A stretch of 62,709 nt of DNA from Agathobacter sp. (GCA_045606325.1 JAZURS010000137.1:1-62709); one strand, 5' to 3'. Counted from the stretch's first letter, positions 46,977 to 57,515 are shown. The notes: generated by a model from the letters alone, not told the origin. Made by a program: numbers and translations.

Positions 46977-48099
46977 TGATAATTATAGAAAAAATCTCAT
47001 ATTACCATATAACTTACAGTGGTTTGCGGATGGCGAAGGCGGTGAAAAGACTGAGCCAGCAACTCAGAAAAAGTTAGATGATGCTCGAAAAGAGGGAAAG
47101 GTTGCTAAAAGTAAGGATCTGACCCAGGGAATAGAGTTGTTGGTGCTTTTTCTCTTGATTAAGGTATTTGTTAGTTATATGGGAAATCGCTTTATGGGGC
47201 TGTTTGATTCAACGCTTGGGCGTATGGCAGAGTTTATGTCTGTGAATCAGAAGCAGGTATCTATGGCGGCATTTAGTACGGTATTAGGTAATGCGATTTT
47301 AGAGATATTTTTGATTTCTTGGCCGTTTTTAGTTTTTGGTTTTGTAATCACATTTATTGTTACGGTCTATCAAGTGGGTTGGAAGGTATCATTAAAACCG
47401 ATGGAACCTAAACTGTCAAAGTTCAACCCAATCAATGGATTTAAGAGAATTTTTTCAAAAGATTCTTTGTTTGAATTAGTAAAAGCGATTGCTAAGATTG
47501 GTGTAATTGCTTATGTAGCATATACAAACATAGTGGATGAAGCAGACAATTTGTTTGTATTATATGAAATACATTTAAATCAGGCGATTGCACTTGTTGG
47601 AAATATTATTCTTGAGTTTGGAATAGAAATTAGTATCGTCTTCATCGTTATTGGTGTTATCGATTATTTTTATCAAAAATGGAAATTTAGTGAAGATATG
47701 AAGATGACCAAGCAGGAAGTAAAAGATGAATTTAAGAATACAGAAGGTGATCCTCAGATTAAAGGACGTATCCGACAGAAGATGAGAGAGGCTTCTCAGA
47801 GACGTATGATGCAGGATGTACCAAAAGCTGACGTAGTCATCACCAACCCTACTCATTTTGCGGTAGCGATTAAATATGATGCGGAAGTCAGCAAAGCACC
47901 AATTGTAGTTGCAAAAGGTGAAGATTATCTGGCACAGAAGATTAAAGAAGTTGCCAGAGAAAACAATGTAGAAATAGTAGAAAACAAACCATTGGCACGA
48001 ATGTTGTACCATAATGTAGATATTGGTGCAGAGATTCCGCCAGAATTGTATCAGGCGGTAGCAGAGGTGCTTGCAATGGTATATCATATGAAGAATTAG
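46960..48099 (+). CDS. flhB: Export switch protein FlhB (start uncertain)
   Basis: EKTEPAT, KMTKQEVKDE...EGDP, NPTH autocleavage motif. Confidence 0.95.
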   Translation: MKACIDDNYRKNLILPYNLQWFADGEGGEKTEPATQKKLDDARKEGKVAKSKDLTQGIELLVLFLLIKVFVSYMGNRFMGLFDSTLGRMAEFMSVNQKQVSMAAFSTVLGNAILEIFLISWPFLVFGFVITFIVTVYQVGWKVSLKPMEPKLSKFNPINGFKRIFSKDSLFELVKAIAKIGVIAYVAYTNIVDEADNLFVLYEIHLNQAIALVGNIILEFGIEISIVFIVIGVIDYFYQKWKFSEDMKMTKQEVKDEFKNTEGDPQIKGRIRQKMREASQRRMMQDVPKADVVITNPTHFAVAIKYDAEVSKAPIVVAKGEDYLAQKIKEVARENNVEIVENKPLARMLYHNVDIGAEIPPELYQAVAEVLAMVYHMKN

Positions 48100-48122
48100 T
48101 CTAGAAAGGAGGAAAAGGAAAA

Positions 48123-50165
48123 ATGCTTAAAATGTTAAGAAGTCCAGACTTAGGCGTTGGTATTTATTTGCTGGCTGCGATTCTTTTCTTCATTATTCCG
48201 ATTCCTTCCGTTTTACTAGACGTAATGCTTGCAATTAATATTGGTATAGCATTAGTAATTTTGTTTAATGTTTTATATGTACAAGAAGTTTTGGATATGT
48301 CTTACTTCCCAACACTTCTGTTATTTACAACAATCTTTCGTATCGCACTTAATGTTTCGTCAACACGTTTAATTCTTTCAACAGGAAATCCTGGTAATGT
48401 CGTTGTGACTTTCGGGGAATTCGTTGGTGGCAATGATATGGTTATCGGTGCGATTGTATTTATCGTTCTGGTGTTGATTCAGTTTATGGTTATCAATAAA
48501 GGTACAGAACGTATTGCAGAAGTAACTGCTCGATTTACTTTGGATGCGATGCCAGGTAAACAGATGGCAATTGATGCAGATTTAAATACAGGTACGATTA
48601 CTGAAAAAGAAGCTAGAGAACGCCGTAATAAAATTCAGGAAGAATCAAGTTTCTTCGGAGCCATGGATGGTGCTACTAAGTATGTAAAAGGGGATGCGAC
48701 AGCAGGTCTTATTATAACGATTATTAACTTAGTTGGCGGAACAATCATGGGTGTAATGGATGGACTTGAGATTATGGATGCTATCCAGAAATTCGTTATC
48801 CTTACAATCGGTGATGGTTTGGTTTCTCAGGTCCCATCAATGTTGATTTCTTTATCAACAGGTATCTTAGTTACTAAGGGATCAAAGGATTCTGACTTTA
48901 GTGAGTCCGTTATGAAACAGCTCTTTGGTTTGCCAAGAGTTCTATATATGGTAGGGGCTGTAATGATTTTCTTAGGAATCTTTACTCCTTTACAGTGGTG
49001 GTTGTTTATTGGTGTAGGTGTTCTGTTTATTGTTGGTGCACGTAAACTGGAACAGAACATTGGCGAGCAGGAAATCGAAAGCGAGGTTGCTTCACCAGAA
49101 ACAGAAGCAGAAGAGATTCGAAGACCAGAAAATGTGGTTTCACTGTTACAAGTGGACCCTATCGAGTTAGAGTTTGGTTATGGTATTATTCCACTGGCAG
49201 ATGTAAACCAGGGCGGAGACTTATTGGACCGTGTGGTTATGATTCGTCGTCAGATTGCGTTGGAATTAGGTACAGTTGTTCCAATTATCCGTTTGCGTGA
49301 TAATATCCAGCTGAATCCAAACCAATATATTATTAAGATTAAAGGTATTCAGGTAACGGAAGGTGAGATTTTATTTGATCACTATATGGCGATGAATCCT
49401 GGATATGTAGAAGAAGAGATTACAGGTATTCCTACATTTGAACCTTCGTTCCATTTGCCAGCTATTTGGATTACAGAGAGTCAGAGAGAAAGAGCGGAGA
49501 GTTTGGGTTACACCGTAGTAGATGCTCCTTCTATTAAAGCAACACATTTAACAGAGATTATTCGCAGTCACATTGCAGAACTTCTTACAAGACAGGACAC
49601 ACAGAATCTTGTCAACAATCTCAAGGAGTCAAATCCAGTTCTTGTGGACGAACTTGTTCCAAAGATGCTTGGTCTTGGCGATGTGCAGAAGGTATTACAG
49701 AATCTTTTATCCGAAGGTATTTCTATCCGCGATTTGCTTACAATTTTTGAAACACTTGCAGATCATGCGAATGGAACCAGAGATACAGATGTATTGACAG
49801 AATATGTACGTCAGGCGTTAAAACGTGCAATATCTAATAAATATTTCCCTGCAAACGAGGTGACAAGTGTAGTAACGCTTGATCCAAAGATTGAGCAGGA
49901 AATCATGTCTTCTGTTAAGCAGACAGAACAGGGTGCTTATTTAACTTTAGACCCAGAAAAGACTAGAGCAATTATGAGTTCGGTTGAAACTGAAATTAAT
50001 AAGCTGGAAAGTCTTGGAAAGAGTCCGATTATTATTACTTCACCAATTGTTCGTATGTATTTCAAGAAACTGACAGAGGATTATTTTAAAGATTTAATCG
50101 TTATTTCTTATAATGAAGTAGAATCAAGTGTAGAATTACAATCAGTTGGGATGGTGACAGTATAA
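48123..50165 (+). CDS. flhA: Export protein FlhA
   Basis: RFTLDAMPGKQMAIDADL, GAMDGA.KYVKGD, TIGDGLVSQ. Confidence 0.96.
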   Translation: MLKMLRSPDLGVGIYLLAAILFFIIPIPSVLLDVMLAINIGIALVILFNVLYVQEVLDMSYFPTLLLFTTIFRIALNVSSTRLILSTGNPGNVVVTFGEFVGGNDMVIGAIVFIVLVLIQFMVINKGTERIAEVTARFTLDAMPGKQMAIDADLNTGTITEKEARERRNKIQEESSFFGAMDGATKYVKGDATAGLIITIINLVGGTIMGVMDGLEIMDAIQKFVILTIGDGLVSQVPSMLISLSTGILVTKGSKDSDFSESVMKQLFGLPRVLYMVGAVMIFLGIFTPLQWWLFIGVGVLFIVGARKLEQNIGEQEIESEVASPETEAEEIRRPENVVSLLQVDPIELEFGYGIIPLADVNQGGDLLDRVVMIRRQIALELGTVVPIIRLRDNIQLNPNQYIIKIKGIQVTEGEILFDHYMAMNPGYVEEEITGIPTFEPSFHLPAIWITESQRERAESLGYTVVDAPSIKATHLTEIIRSHIAELLTRQDTQNLVNNLKESNPVLVDELVPKMLGLGDVQKVLQNLLSEGISIRDLLTIFETLADHANGTRDTDVLTEYVRQALKRAISNKYFPANEVTSVVTLDPKIEQEIMSSVKQTEQGAYLTLDPEKTRAIMSSVETEINKLESLGKSPIIITSPIVRMYFKKLTEDYFKDLIVISYNEVESSVELQSVGMVTV

Positions 50166-51509
50166 ATGACTATTAACAAATTCCAGGGAAAAACCAAAGA
50201 AGAGGCTATAGAAAGAGCTAGGACTGTGTTTGGACCGAATGCCGTTATTATGAATATCAAGGAAGTAAAACCAAAAGGGATTATGGGTCTCTTTTCGGCA
50301 CCTACATATGAAGTAACAGCGGCTATTGAAGAAAGAGAACCTATTTATACAAATACAAATAGAAGTTCAAATCCAATTATAAATTCGAGTCCAATGACAC
50401 CACCGGTGAGACCAAGAGAGAACATTAATCTTGCGGCCGATGAAGAAATAGCGATTCCACAGCCAATGAGAACTCCACCAAGAGAAGAGGTAAAGAGAGA
50501 AGTGCAGAGAGAAGTGCAACCAGAAAAAACAGAAATTATAGTTGATAGAGCATCAAAGTTTGCGAAACTCAATCCAATTGAAGATGACGATGATAATGTG
50601 CCTGTCTTTGAAACGGAAAAACAGTTCAAAGAAAGATTGGATAATTTATCTGAGTTATTAGAGCAGAAATTAGCTGCACCTGTTCAGGAAGAAGTGGTTC
50701 GTAAACCTGCTTCAGAAGAAATTAATTTCGTGCGTATGATTTATAATACACTTTTGAAGAATGAAGTGCATGAAAAGTATGTAAATCAGGTGTTGGATGA
50801 AGTAGAGAAATTTATTCGTCCAGGGAACAATGTTGATTTAATTCTTCCTAATTTGTATCAGAAATTAGTGCTAAAATTTGGCCAGCCAAAAACAATAGAT
50901 TTGTCTGGAAAGAAGCCTAATGTTGTTTTCTTTATTGGACCAACAGGTGTAGGAAAGACAACTACAATTGCAAAAATTGCTTCAAAATATAAAGTGGAAT
51001 ATAACCGCAAAGTAGCATTTATTACTGCAGATACATATCGAATTGCAGCAACAGAGCAGCTCAAAGTATATGCTAATATTTTAGATGCGCCAATGTCTAT
51101 TGTATATTCAGTGGAGGATATAAATGAAGCCATTGAAAAATATGCAGATTATGATTTGATTTTTGTTGATACTGCTGGATTTTCGCATAAAAATGAACAG
51201 CAGAGAAATGATACAAAGCGTTTGTTGGAAGGCATCAACGTAGAATGTAGTAAAGAGGTTTACCTTGTGCTTAGTGCGACTACTAAATACAACGATTTGA
51301 TGGATATAGTAGATGTATATAAAGAGATTTCTTCATATAAACTTATCTTTACAAAATTAGACGAGACAAGTTCTTATGGAAATTTACTTAACATAAAATT
51401 ATATGCTGATGCTGATTTGTCTTATGTAACAATCGGACAGAATGTTCCAGATGATATCGAAGTGTTCGATACTCAGAAGATTGTTAGACAGTTATTAGGA
51501 GGCAAATAA
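50166..51509 (+). CDS. flhF: SRP-type GTPase FlhF
   Basis: GPTGVGKTTTIAK, DTYRIAA, DTAG, TKLDET, GQNVPDD. Confidence 0.95.
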   Translation: MTINKFQGKTKEEAIERARTVFGPNAVIMNIKEVKPKGIMGLFSAPTYEVTAAIEEREPIYTNTNRSSNPIINSSPMTPPVRPRENINLAADEEIAIPQPMRTPPREEVKREVQREVQPEKTEIIVDRASKFAKLNPIEDDDDNVPVFETEKQFKERLDNLSELLEQKLAAPVQEEVVRKPASEEINFVRMIYNTLLKNEVHEKYVNQVLDEVEKFIRPGNNVDLILPNLYQKLVLKFGQPKTIDLSGKKPNVVFFIGPTGVGKTTTIAKIASKYKVEYNRKVAFITADTYRIAATEQLKVYANILDAPMSIVYSVEDINEAIEKYADYDLIFVDTAGFSHKNEQQRNDTKRLLEGINVECSKEVYLVLSATTKYNDLMDIVDVYKEISSYKLIFTKLDETSSYGNLLNIKLYADADLSYVTIGQNVPDDIEVFDTQKIVRQLLGGK

Positions 51510-51511
51510 AA

Positions 51512-52387
51512 ATGGATCAGGCACAGCAGCTTAGAAATATTATTAAAGCAAAAGACCAAAAGCAAGTAAAGGCTGCCCGTGTAATTACCATAACCAGTGG
51601 AAAAGGTGGGGTTGGAAAGTCAAATCTGGCGGTGAATCTGGCGATTCAACTTAGAAAGCAGGGAAAACGAGTTATTATTCTCGATGCAGATTTTGGATTA
51701 GCCAATATTGAAGTTATGTTTGGGGTTATACCAACACACAATCTCTCTAGTATGATATATCAAGGGAAGAGCATAAGAGAGGTTATTTCACCGGGACCAA
51801 TGGAAATTGGTTTTATTTCAGGCGGGAATGGTGTTTTAGGTCTTAATAATCTGAACAGAGAACAGATTATGATGCTTGTAAAGAGTATTAGTGAATTAAA
51901 TGAATTAGCGGATGTTATTATTATAGATACAGGAGCTGGGGTATCCGATCAGGTGTTAGAATTTGTGCTGGCAAGTCCAGAGGTGCTCTTAGTAACTACT
52001 CCAGAACCAAGTTCTTTAACAGATTCTTATTCATTGTTAAAAGCGTTGTATCGAAATCCGAATTTTGTTGAGAGTGGAACAACGATACACGTAGTTGCAA
52101 ATCGAGTGCATTCTGTAGAGGATGGACAGATGGTGTATGAAAAGTTAAAAACGGTTGTCGAACAGTTTTTAAATGGAAATATTAATTATTTGGGAATGAT
52201 TCCACAGGATGTGGCATTGGAACGAGCTGTTAGACAGCAAAAAATTGTTTCGCTAAATGAACCAAATTCTGATTCTTCAAGAGCGTTTGAAGTTTTAACC
52301 ACAAATCTATTAGAAGGAACACATCATTTAGCACCTATGCGTCGTGGAATTACACAGATTTTTTCGCAACTGTTAAATAGAAGATAA
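51512..52387 (+). CDS. flhG: MinD-like ATPase FlhG (YlxH/FleN)
   Basis: MDQA..LR, SGKGGVGKSN, DADFGLAN, DTGAG, TPEP.SLTD. Confidence 0.92.
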   Translation: MDQAQQLRNIIKAKDQKQVKAARVITITSGKGGVGKSNLAVNLAIQLRKQGKRVIILDADFGLANIEVMFGVIPTHNLSSMIYQGKSIREVISPGPMEIGFISGGNGVLGLNNLNREQIMMLVKSISELNELADVIIIDTGAGVSDQVLEFVLASPEVLLVTTPEPSSLTDSYSLLKALYRNPNFVESGTTIHVVANRVHSVEDGQMVYEKLKTVVEQFLNGNINYLGMIPQDVALERAVRQQKIVSLNEPNSDSSRAFEVLTTNLLEGTHHLAPMRRGITQIFSQLLNRR

Positions 52388-52407
52388 ACGAAGGAGCGTA
52401 TTAGGAA

Positions 52408-53127
52408 ATGGCTATTGCAGATTACATAAAACCTGGAGATAAAATAGATATCAATTTCCTACATCAGAATAATGGTAAGACCTACAAAAGTAGTGTGTTT
52501 GATTTCATAACAGATAATGAACTTGAAATTGGCATGCCTACCAGTGAAGGCAAAATGGTTATGTTTAATATTGGATTTGAATGCCAGTTTTATTTCTATA
52601 CTTCAAAAGGTCTTTATACTTGTGAAGCTGTGATTACAAACCGTTATAAAAAAGATAACTTCTATCTTTTGTCTGCTAAGTTAAAAACGGGATTAAAGAA
52701 ATTCCAGCGAAGAGAATTTTATCGATTGGATTGTCTGCTTGATTTTGTATATTATGAGATATCAAATGAAGTTGCAAAGATGGAGACGACAGAAGATCTT
52801 TTTGAAGAGATTACAAATCCTGATTATATTGAGAAGAAGAAATATGCTCGCACGAAAGATTTGAGCGGTGGCGGAATGCGTTTCTCAGGAATGGAACAAC
52901 TGGAAATCGGAACAAAGATTCTTATTGTTATCCGCTTAGCAAATGACAGGGTCGACCATACGTTTTATCTGGTTTCAAATGTAATAGCGTGTGAACGTGA
53001 TAAAAATATGCCAGAGCTCTGGATAACACGTGTTAACTTTAAATTTAAAGACATAAAAGACCGTGATTTAATTATTCGATATGTTTTTGAAGAAGATAGA
53101 ATGAATAGAAAGAGGGAAAATGGGTAG
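52408..53127 (+). CDS. PilZ-domain flagellar brake/clutch protein (YcgR/MotI-like)
   Basis: QRREFYR (RxxxR) and DLSGGG (DxSxxG) c-di-GMP-binding motifs. Confidence 0.88.
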   Translation: MAIADYIKPGDKIDINFLHQNNGKTYKSSVFDFITDNELEIGMPTSEGKMVMFNIGFECQFYFYTSKGLYTCEAVITNRYKKDNFYLLSAKLKTGLKKFQRREFYRLDCLLDFVYYEISNEVAKMETTEDLFEEITNPDYIEKKKYARTKDLSGGGMRFSGMEQLEIGTKILIVIRLANDRVDHTFYLVSNVIACERDKNMPELWITRVNFKFKDIKDRDLIIRYVFEEDRMNRKRENG

Positions 53128-53129
53128 TT

Positions 53130-54269
53130 ATGAAGAAAAATATTTTAGTTGTCGATGATTCTGCACTCATGAGAAGAGTTATCTGTGATATAATCAACTC
53201 AGATAGTAATTTTCAGGCAAAAGATACTTGTAAAGATGGCCTCGAAGCATATGAAAGATTAAAAACTACTTCATATGATGGAGTAGTACTTGATGTAAAT
53301 ATGCCTCGAATGGATGGTCTCCAGTTATTGGAAAAATTACAGGAAGAAAACATCAAGGCCAACGTTATTATGGTTAGTACTCTGACCACAAAGGATGCAG
53401 AGGTAACTATTTTAGCATTGGAACGAGGTGCAATCGACTTTGTAACTAAACCAACTGCCATCGCTGAAGCGAAAGGCGAAGATTTCAAGAAAAAAGTTCT
53501 TGAAGTTTTAAATGCCGTATTAAACAGTCGTCAGTTTGTTCGTACTCCTGTTAGAACTAGCACAGCAGCTAGACCTTCTAGAACGAGTCGAGCAACAGAG
53601 GCTTCTAGTTCTACATTAGGACCAGGAACTCAGGATACTGTGAAACCTTCAGCAAGTGCTAATTTTACTCGCTTGAAAGCAACTGGTAAGAATAAGCTTG
53701 TTGCACTTGCTTGTTCTACAGGTGGTCCAAAAGCATTACAGAGTGTTATTCCTTATTTACCAAAGAATTTGGATGCACCTATGGTTTTGGTTCAGCATAT
53801 GCCAGCAGGATTTACCAAGTCAATGGCGGATCGTTTAAATGAGGTAAGTCCTATTGCAGTAAAAGAAGCAGAAGATGGCGATAAACTTGAAAAGGGACAG
53901 ATTTATGTTGCACCAGGTGGAAAGCACATGGAAGTTGTGAAGTGTGCGGACGGAAGCCACAAAATTAGTCTTAATAACATGCCAGCGATTGGTGGATTAA
54001 GACCATGTGCAAACATTACTTATGATTCTCTTTCAAAGAGTGGGTTTGATGAAATCGTTTGTGTAGTTTTGACAGGTATGGGGGCAGACGGAACCAATGG
54101 TATTTTATCACTTGGCCATCATAAACCAATACATGTTATTTCTCAAAATGCAGAAACATGTATCGTATATGGTATGCCAAAAGCGATAGAAGAATCAGGG
54201 GTTGTAGATGAGGTCGTACCGCTTGGGAAAGTTGCTGAAACAATCATAAAACGAGTGGGGGTAAAGTAA
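53130..54269 (+). CDS. cheB: Chemotaxis methylesterase CheB
   Basis: Receiver domain plus STGGP, QHMP, LTGMGADG. Confidence 0.95.
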   Translation: MKKNILVVDDSALMRRVICDIINSDSNFQAKDTCKDGLEAYERLKTTSYDGVVLDVNMPRMDGLQLLEKLQEENIKANVIMVSTLTTKDAEVTILALERGAIDFVTKPTAIAEAKGEDFKKKVLEVLNAVLNSRQFVRTPVRTSTAARPSRTSRATEASSSTLGPGTQDTVKPSASANFTRLKATGKNKLVALACSTGGPKALQSVIPYLPKNLDAPMVLVQHMPAGFTKSMADRLNEVSPIAVKEAEDGDKLEKGQIYVAPGGKHMEVVKCADGSHKISLNNMPAIGGLRPCANITYDSLSKSGFDEIVCVVLTGMGADGTNGILSLGHHKPIHVISQNAETCIVYGMPKAIEESGVVDEVVPLGKVAETIIKRVGVK

Positions 54270-54270
54270 A

Positions 54271-56370
54271 ATGGATGTAAGTCAGTATCTCGAGATTTTT
54301 ATTGATGAAAGTAGTGAGCATTTACAGAGTTTAAGTGACTGTATTATGACTCTGGAAAAAGAGCCAGATAACAAGGACACTATTAATGAAGTGTTCCGTG
54401 CAGCACACTCATTAAAAGGTATGGCTGGCACTATGGGCTTTAAGAGAATGCAACATCTTACACATGATATGGAAAATGTTTTCCAGGAAGTTCGTAGTGA
54501 TAAGATTTGTGTTGATAGTGCTATGATTGACCTTTTGTTCAAATGTTTGGATGCATTAGATCAGTATTTGGAAAATGTAAAAGGTTCTTCTGACGAAGGA
54601 ACAGAAGACAATGAAATGATTCTTAAAGAATTAAATGATTTCATTGCAAAAGCAAATGGTGCAGATGTAGCAGAAGCACCAGCTGAAGAAGTATCAGCAG
54701 CTGCTCCTGTGGAAACAGCAGAAGGAAGTGCAAATGAAGTTAAACTTCAGCTTTCTGACACTGATAAGGATGAAGTAGCTAATGCAAAAGCTGATGGTAA
54801 ACATGTATATGCTATTACAGTATATGTAAATCAGGACTGTTTATTAAAAGCTGCAAGAGCATTCCTTGTATTCCGTGCAGTAGAAGCTTTTGGTGAGATT
54901 TTTGCAAATCATCCAAGTTCTCAGGATATTGAAGATGAAAAATTTGATTTAGATTTTAGTTTCTGTGTTGCTTCAAACGAAAGTTTAGACAAGATTATCG
55001 CAGCAGCAAAAGATGTTTCAGAAATCGATGATGTTGTAGGTAAAGAAATTACAGAAGAAGAAAAGGTAGAAACTCCTGTTGCACAGGCTGCTCCAGTAGA
55101 AGCACCAGCACAGACTACTGCTCCAGTAGCACAGGCTGCAGCACCAGCTCCAGCAGCACCAGCTCCAGCAGCACAGGCTCAGCAGCAGAAGAAGCAGACT
55201 CCTGCAAAATCTGCTACAAATCGTACTATCCGCGTGGATATTGAAAAATTAGACAACCTTATGAACCAGGTATCAGAGCTCTTGATTGCAAAGAACTCAC
55301 TTGTTTCTGTTAGCTCATCAGAAAATGGCATCGGTGGAAATCAGGTGTTCCGTGAAAATGTTGAGTCATTAGAAAGAATTACAACAAATCTTCATGAATC
55401 AGTTATGAAGGTTCGAATGGTACCTATTGAAAGTGTTGTTAATAAATTCCCTAGAATGATTCGTGATTTATCACGTACATTGAATAAGAAAATGGAACTC
55501 TACATGACTGGTGAAGATACAGAACTTGACCGTACTGTAGTTGACCAGATTGGTGATCCATTACAGCACTTACTTCGTAACTCAGCAGACCATGGTTTGG
55601 AAAGTGCTGCAGTTCGTAAAGAAAGAGGAAAACCAGAAACAGGTACAATCTTCTTAAATGCATATCAGGAAGGTAACAACGTTATTATCCAGGTTGGTGA
55701 TGATGGTAATGGTATTGATGTTGAAGCTGTAAAAGCAAAAGCAGTAGAACGTGGCGTTATCACTCAGGAACAGGCAGATGTTATGTCACAGAAAGAAGCT
55801 GTAAACTTATTGTTTATGCCAAGTTTTTCAATGGCAAAACAGATTACAGATATTTCTGGACGTGGTGTTGGTCTTGACGTTGTTAAATCAAACATCGAAG
55901 CACTTGGTGGCGATGTTGAAGTTAAGACAAAATTAGGTGAAGGCTCTACATTCACAGTTCGCCTTCCACTTACACTTGCTATTATTCAGGCATTACTTGT
56001 TAAGGTTAGAGAAGAACTTTATGCAATCGCACTTGGTTCTATTACAAGTATTGAAGATATCCCTGTAAAAGATATCAAGTATGTAGAAGCAAAAGAAGTA
56101 ATTCACCTTCGTGATACAGTAATTCCATTGGTTCGTTTAGACAGAGTATTAGATGTAGAACCACAGGATGAACCAGAAAGCTTAACAGTAGTTATCGTTA
56201 AAAAAGGCGATCAGCAGGCAGGTCTCGTTGTTGACGATTTAATCGGACAGCAGGAAATCGTTATCAAGTCTCTTGGTAAGTACATGACAGGCAACAAGTT
56301 GATTAGTGGTGCTACTATCTTAGGTGATGGTGAAGTTGCATTGATTATTGATGCAAACACATTAATGTAA
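54271..56370 (+). CDS. cheA: Chemotaxis histidine kinase CheA
   Basis: FRAAHSLKG, HLLRNS.DHG, DDGNGID, SGRGVGLDVV, C-terminal CheW-like domain. Confidence 0.96.
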   Translation: MDVSQYLEIFIDESSEHLQSLSDCIMTLEKEPDNKDTINEVFRAAHSLKGMAGTMGFKRMQHLTHDMENVFQEVRSDKICVDSAMIDLLFKCLDALDQYLENVKGSSDEGTEDNEMILKELNDFIAKANGADVAEAPAEEVSAAAPVETAEGSANEVKLQLSDTDKDEVANAKADGKHVYAITVYVNQDCLLKAARAFLVFRAVEAFGEIFANHPSSQDIEDEKFDLDFSFCVASNESLDKIIAAAKDVSEIDDVVGKEITEEEKVETPVAQAAPVEAPAQTTAPVAQAAAPAPAAPAPAAQAQQQKKQTPAKSATNRTIRVDIEKLDNLMNQVSELLIAKNSLVSVSSSENGIGGNQVFRENVESLERITTNLHESVMKVRMVPIESVVNKFPRMIRDLSRTLNKKMELYMTGEDTELDRTVVDQIGDPLQHLLRNSADHGLESAAVRKERGKPETGTIFLNAYQEGNNVIIQVGDDGNGIDVEAVKAKAVERGVITQEQADVMSQKEAVNLLFMPSFSMAKQITDISGRGVGLDVVKSNIEALGGDVEVKTKLGEGSTFTVRLPLTLAIIQALLVKVREELYAIALGSITSIEDIPVKDIKYVEAKEVIHLRDTVIPLVRLDRVLDVEPQDEPESLTVVIVKKGDQQAGLVVDDLIGQQEIVIKSLGKYMTGNKLISGATILGDGEVALIIDANTLM

Positions 56371-56386
56371 TCGGGGGTGTGTGAAA

Positions 56387-56842
56387 ATGGCTGATTTAAG
56401 ACTTGAAACACAGGATATGGAAGAAACAAAACAGTATATTGTTGTACAGATTGGCAATGAAAAATATGGTATTGATATCAACTTTATTGATAACATTGTT
56501 CGTATGAGCAAGATTACCAGAGTTCCAAAAGTACAGAGCTACTTTAAAGGCGTTATGAACTTACGTGGTGAAATTGTTCCAGTAATGAGCATTCGTAAGA
56601 AAATGGGCCTTCCAGAAGATGAAATTACAGATGCATCACGTATTATTATTATCAAATTAGAAGAAAAAGGTTCTATTGGTATCATTGTTGATGAAGTACG
56701 TGAAGTAATTACTCTTAATATGGCAGAAGTAGAAAAAACTACAGGAAAAGATAGTTTTATCAACGGTATTGGAAAGAATGGTGAGGAGCTAATTTCATTA
56801 TTCGAAATCAATGCAATTGTAGAAGAAAAAGAGATGAATTAA
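56387..56842 (+). CDS. cheW: Chemotaxis coupling protein CheW
   Basis: ITRVP, GVMNLRGEIVPV, GIIVDEV. Confidence 0.94.
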   Translation: MADLRLETQDMEETKQYIVVQIGNEKYGIDINFIDNIVRMSKITRVPKVQSYFKGVMNLRGEIVPVMSIRKKMGLPEDEITDASRIIIIKLEEKGSIGIIVDEVREVITLNMAEVEKTTGKDSFINGIGKNGEELISLFEINAIVEEKEMN

Positions 56843-56897
56843 TCATGTGAAGTGTATAGTGAGGCAAGGCCTCACTATACATGATTTTGGAGGGATT

Positions 56898-57515
56898 ATG
56901 AGTTTTTCCTTAGATAATGTAAATGAAATGTATATGGATGTACTTCGTGAAATTGGAAATATTGGTGCAGGAAACGCAACTACAGCAATTTCACAGATGT
57001 TAGGTGCCAGACTTAATATGGAAGTGCCAAAAGTGCAGCTTATGGAAGCATCAGAATTAGGTGGTGCAATCTGTGATGAAGAAGAGACGGTTGTAGGTAT
57101 TTTCTTAGAAGTATTAGATGATATTAATGGTAGTATGATGTTCCTTATGACAATGGAATCTGCTCATATTATCGTAAACAAACTTATGATGCGTGACCCA
57201 GATTATAATGAGCCATTTGATGAAATGGACTTATCTGCGTTAAAAGAAATTGGTAATATCATTGCATCTTCATATTTAACAGCTTTGTCTTCCTTAACAA
57301 ATATGAAGATTCAACCATCAGTTCCTTATATTGCAGTTGATATGGCAGCGGCGATTTTAAGTGTGCCAGCAATTCAGTTTGGACAGTTTGGTGATAATGC
57401 ATTATTTATTGCAACAGAATTTGGTGATGACAAAGAAATGCAAGGCTATTTCATTTTGATGCCAGAACAGGATTCTTACGAAAAGATTTTAAGAGCATTA
57501 GGTATTGTGAACTAA
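56898..57515 (+). CDS. cheC: Chemotaxis phosphatase CheC
   Basis: Two EIGNI motifs (D.LREIGNIGAGNA, SALKEIGNI); RBS GGAGG before ATG 56898. Confidence 0.93.
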   Translation: MSFSLDNVNEMYMDVLREIGNIGAGNATTAISQMLGARLNMEVPKVQLMEASELGGAICDEEETVVGIFLEVLDDINGSMMFLMTMESAHIIVNKLMMRDPDYNEPFDEMDLSALKEIGNIIASSYLTALSSLTNMKIQPSVPYIAVDMAAAILSVPAIQFGQFGDNALFIATEFGDDKEMQGYFILMPEQDSYEKILRALGIVN

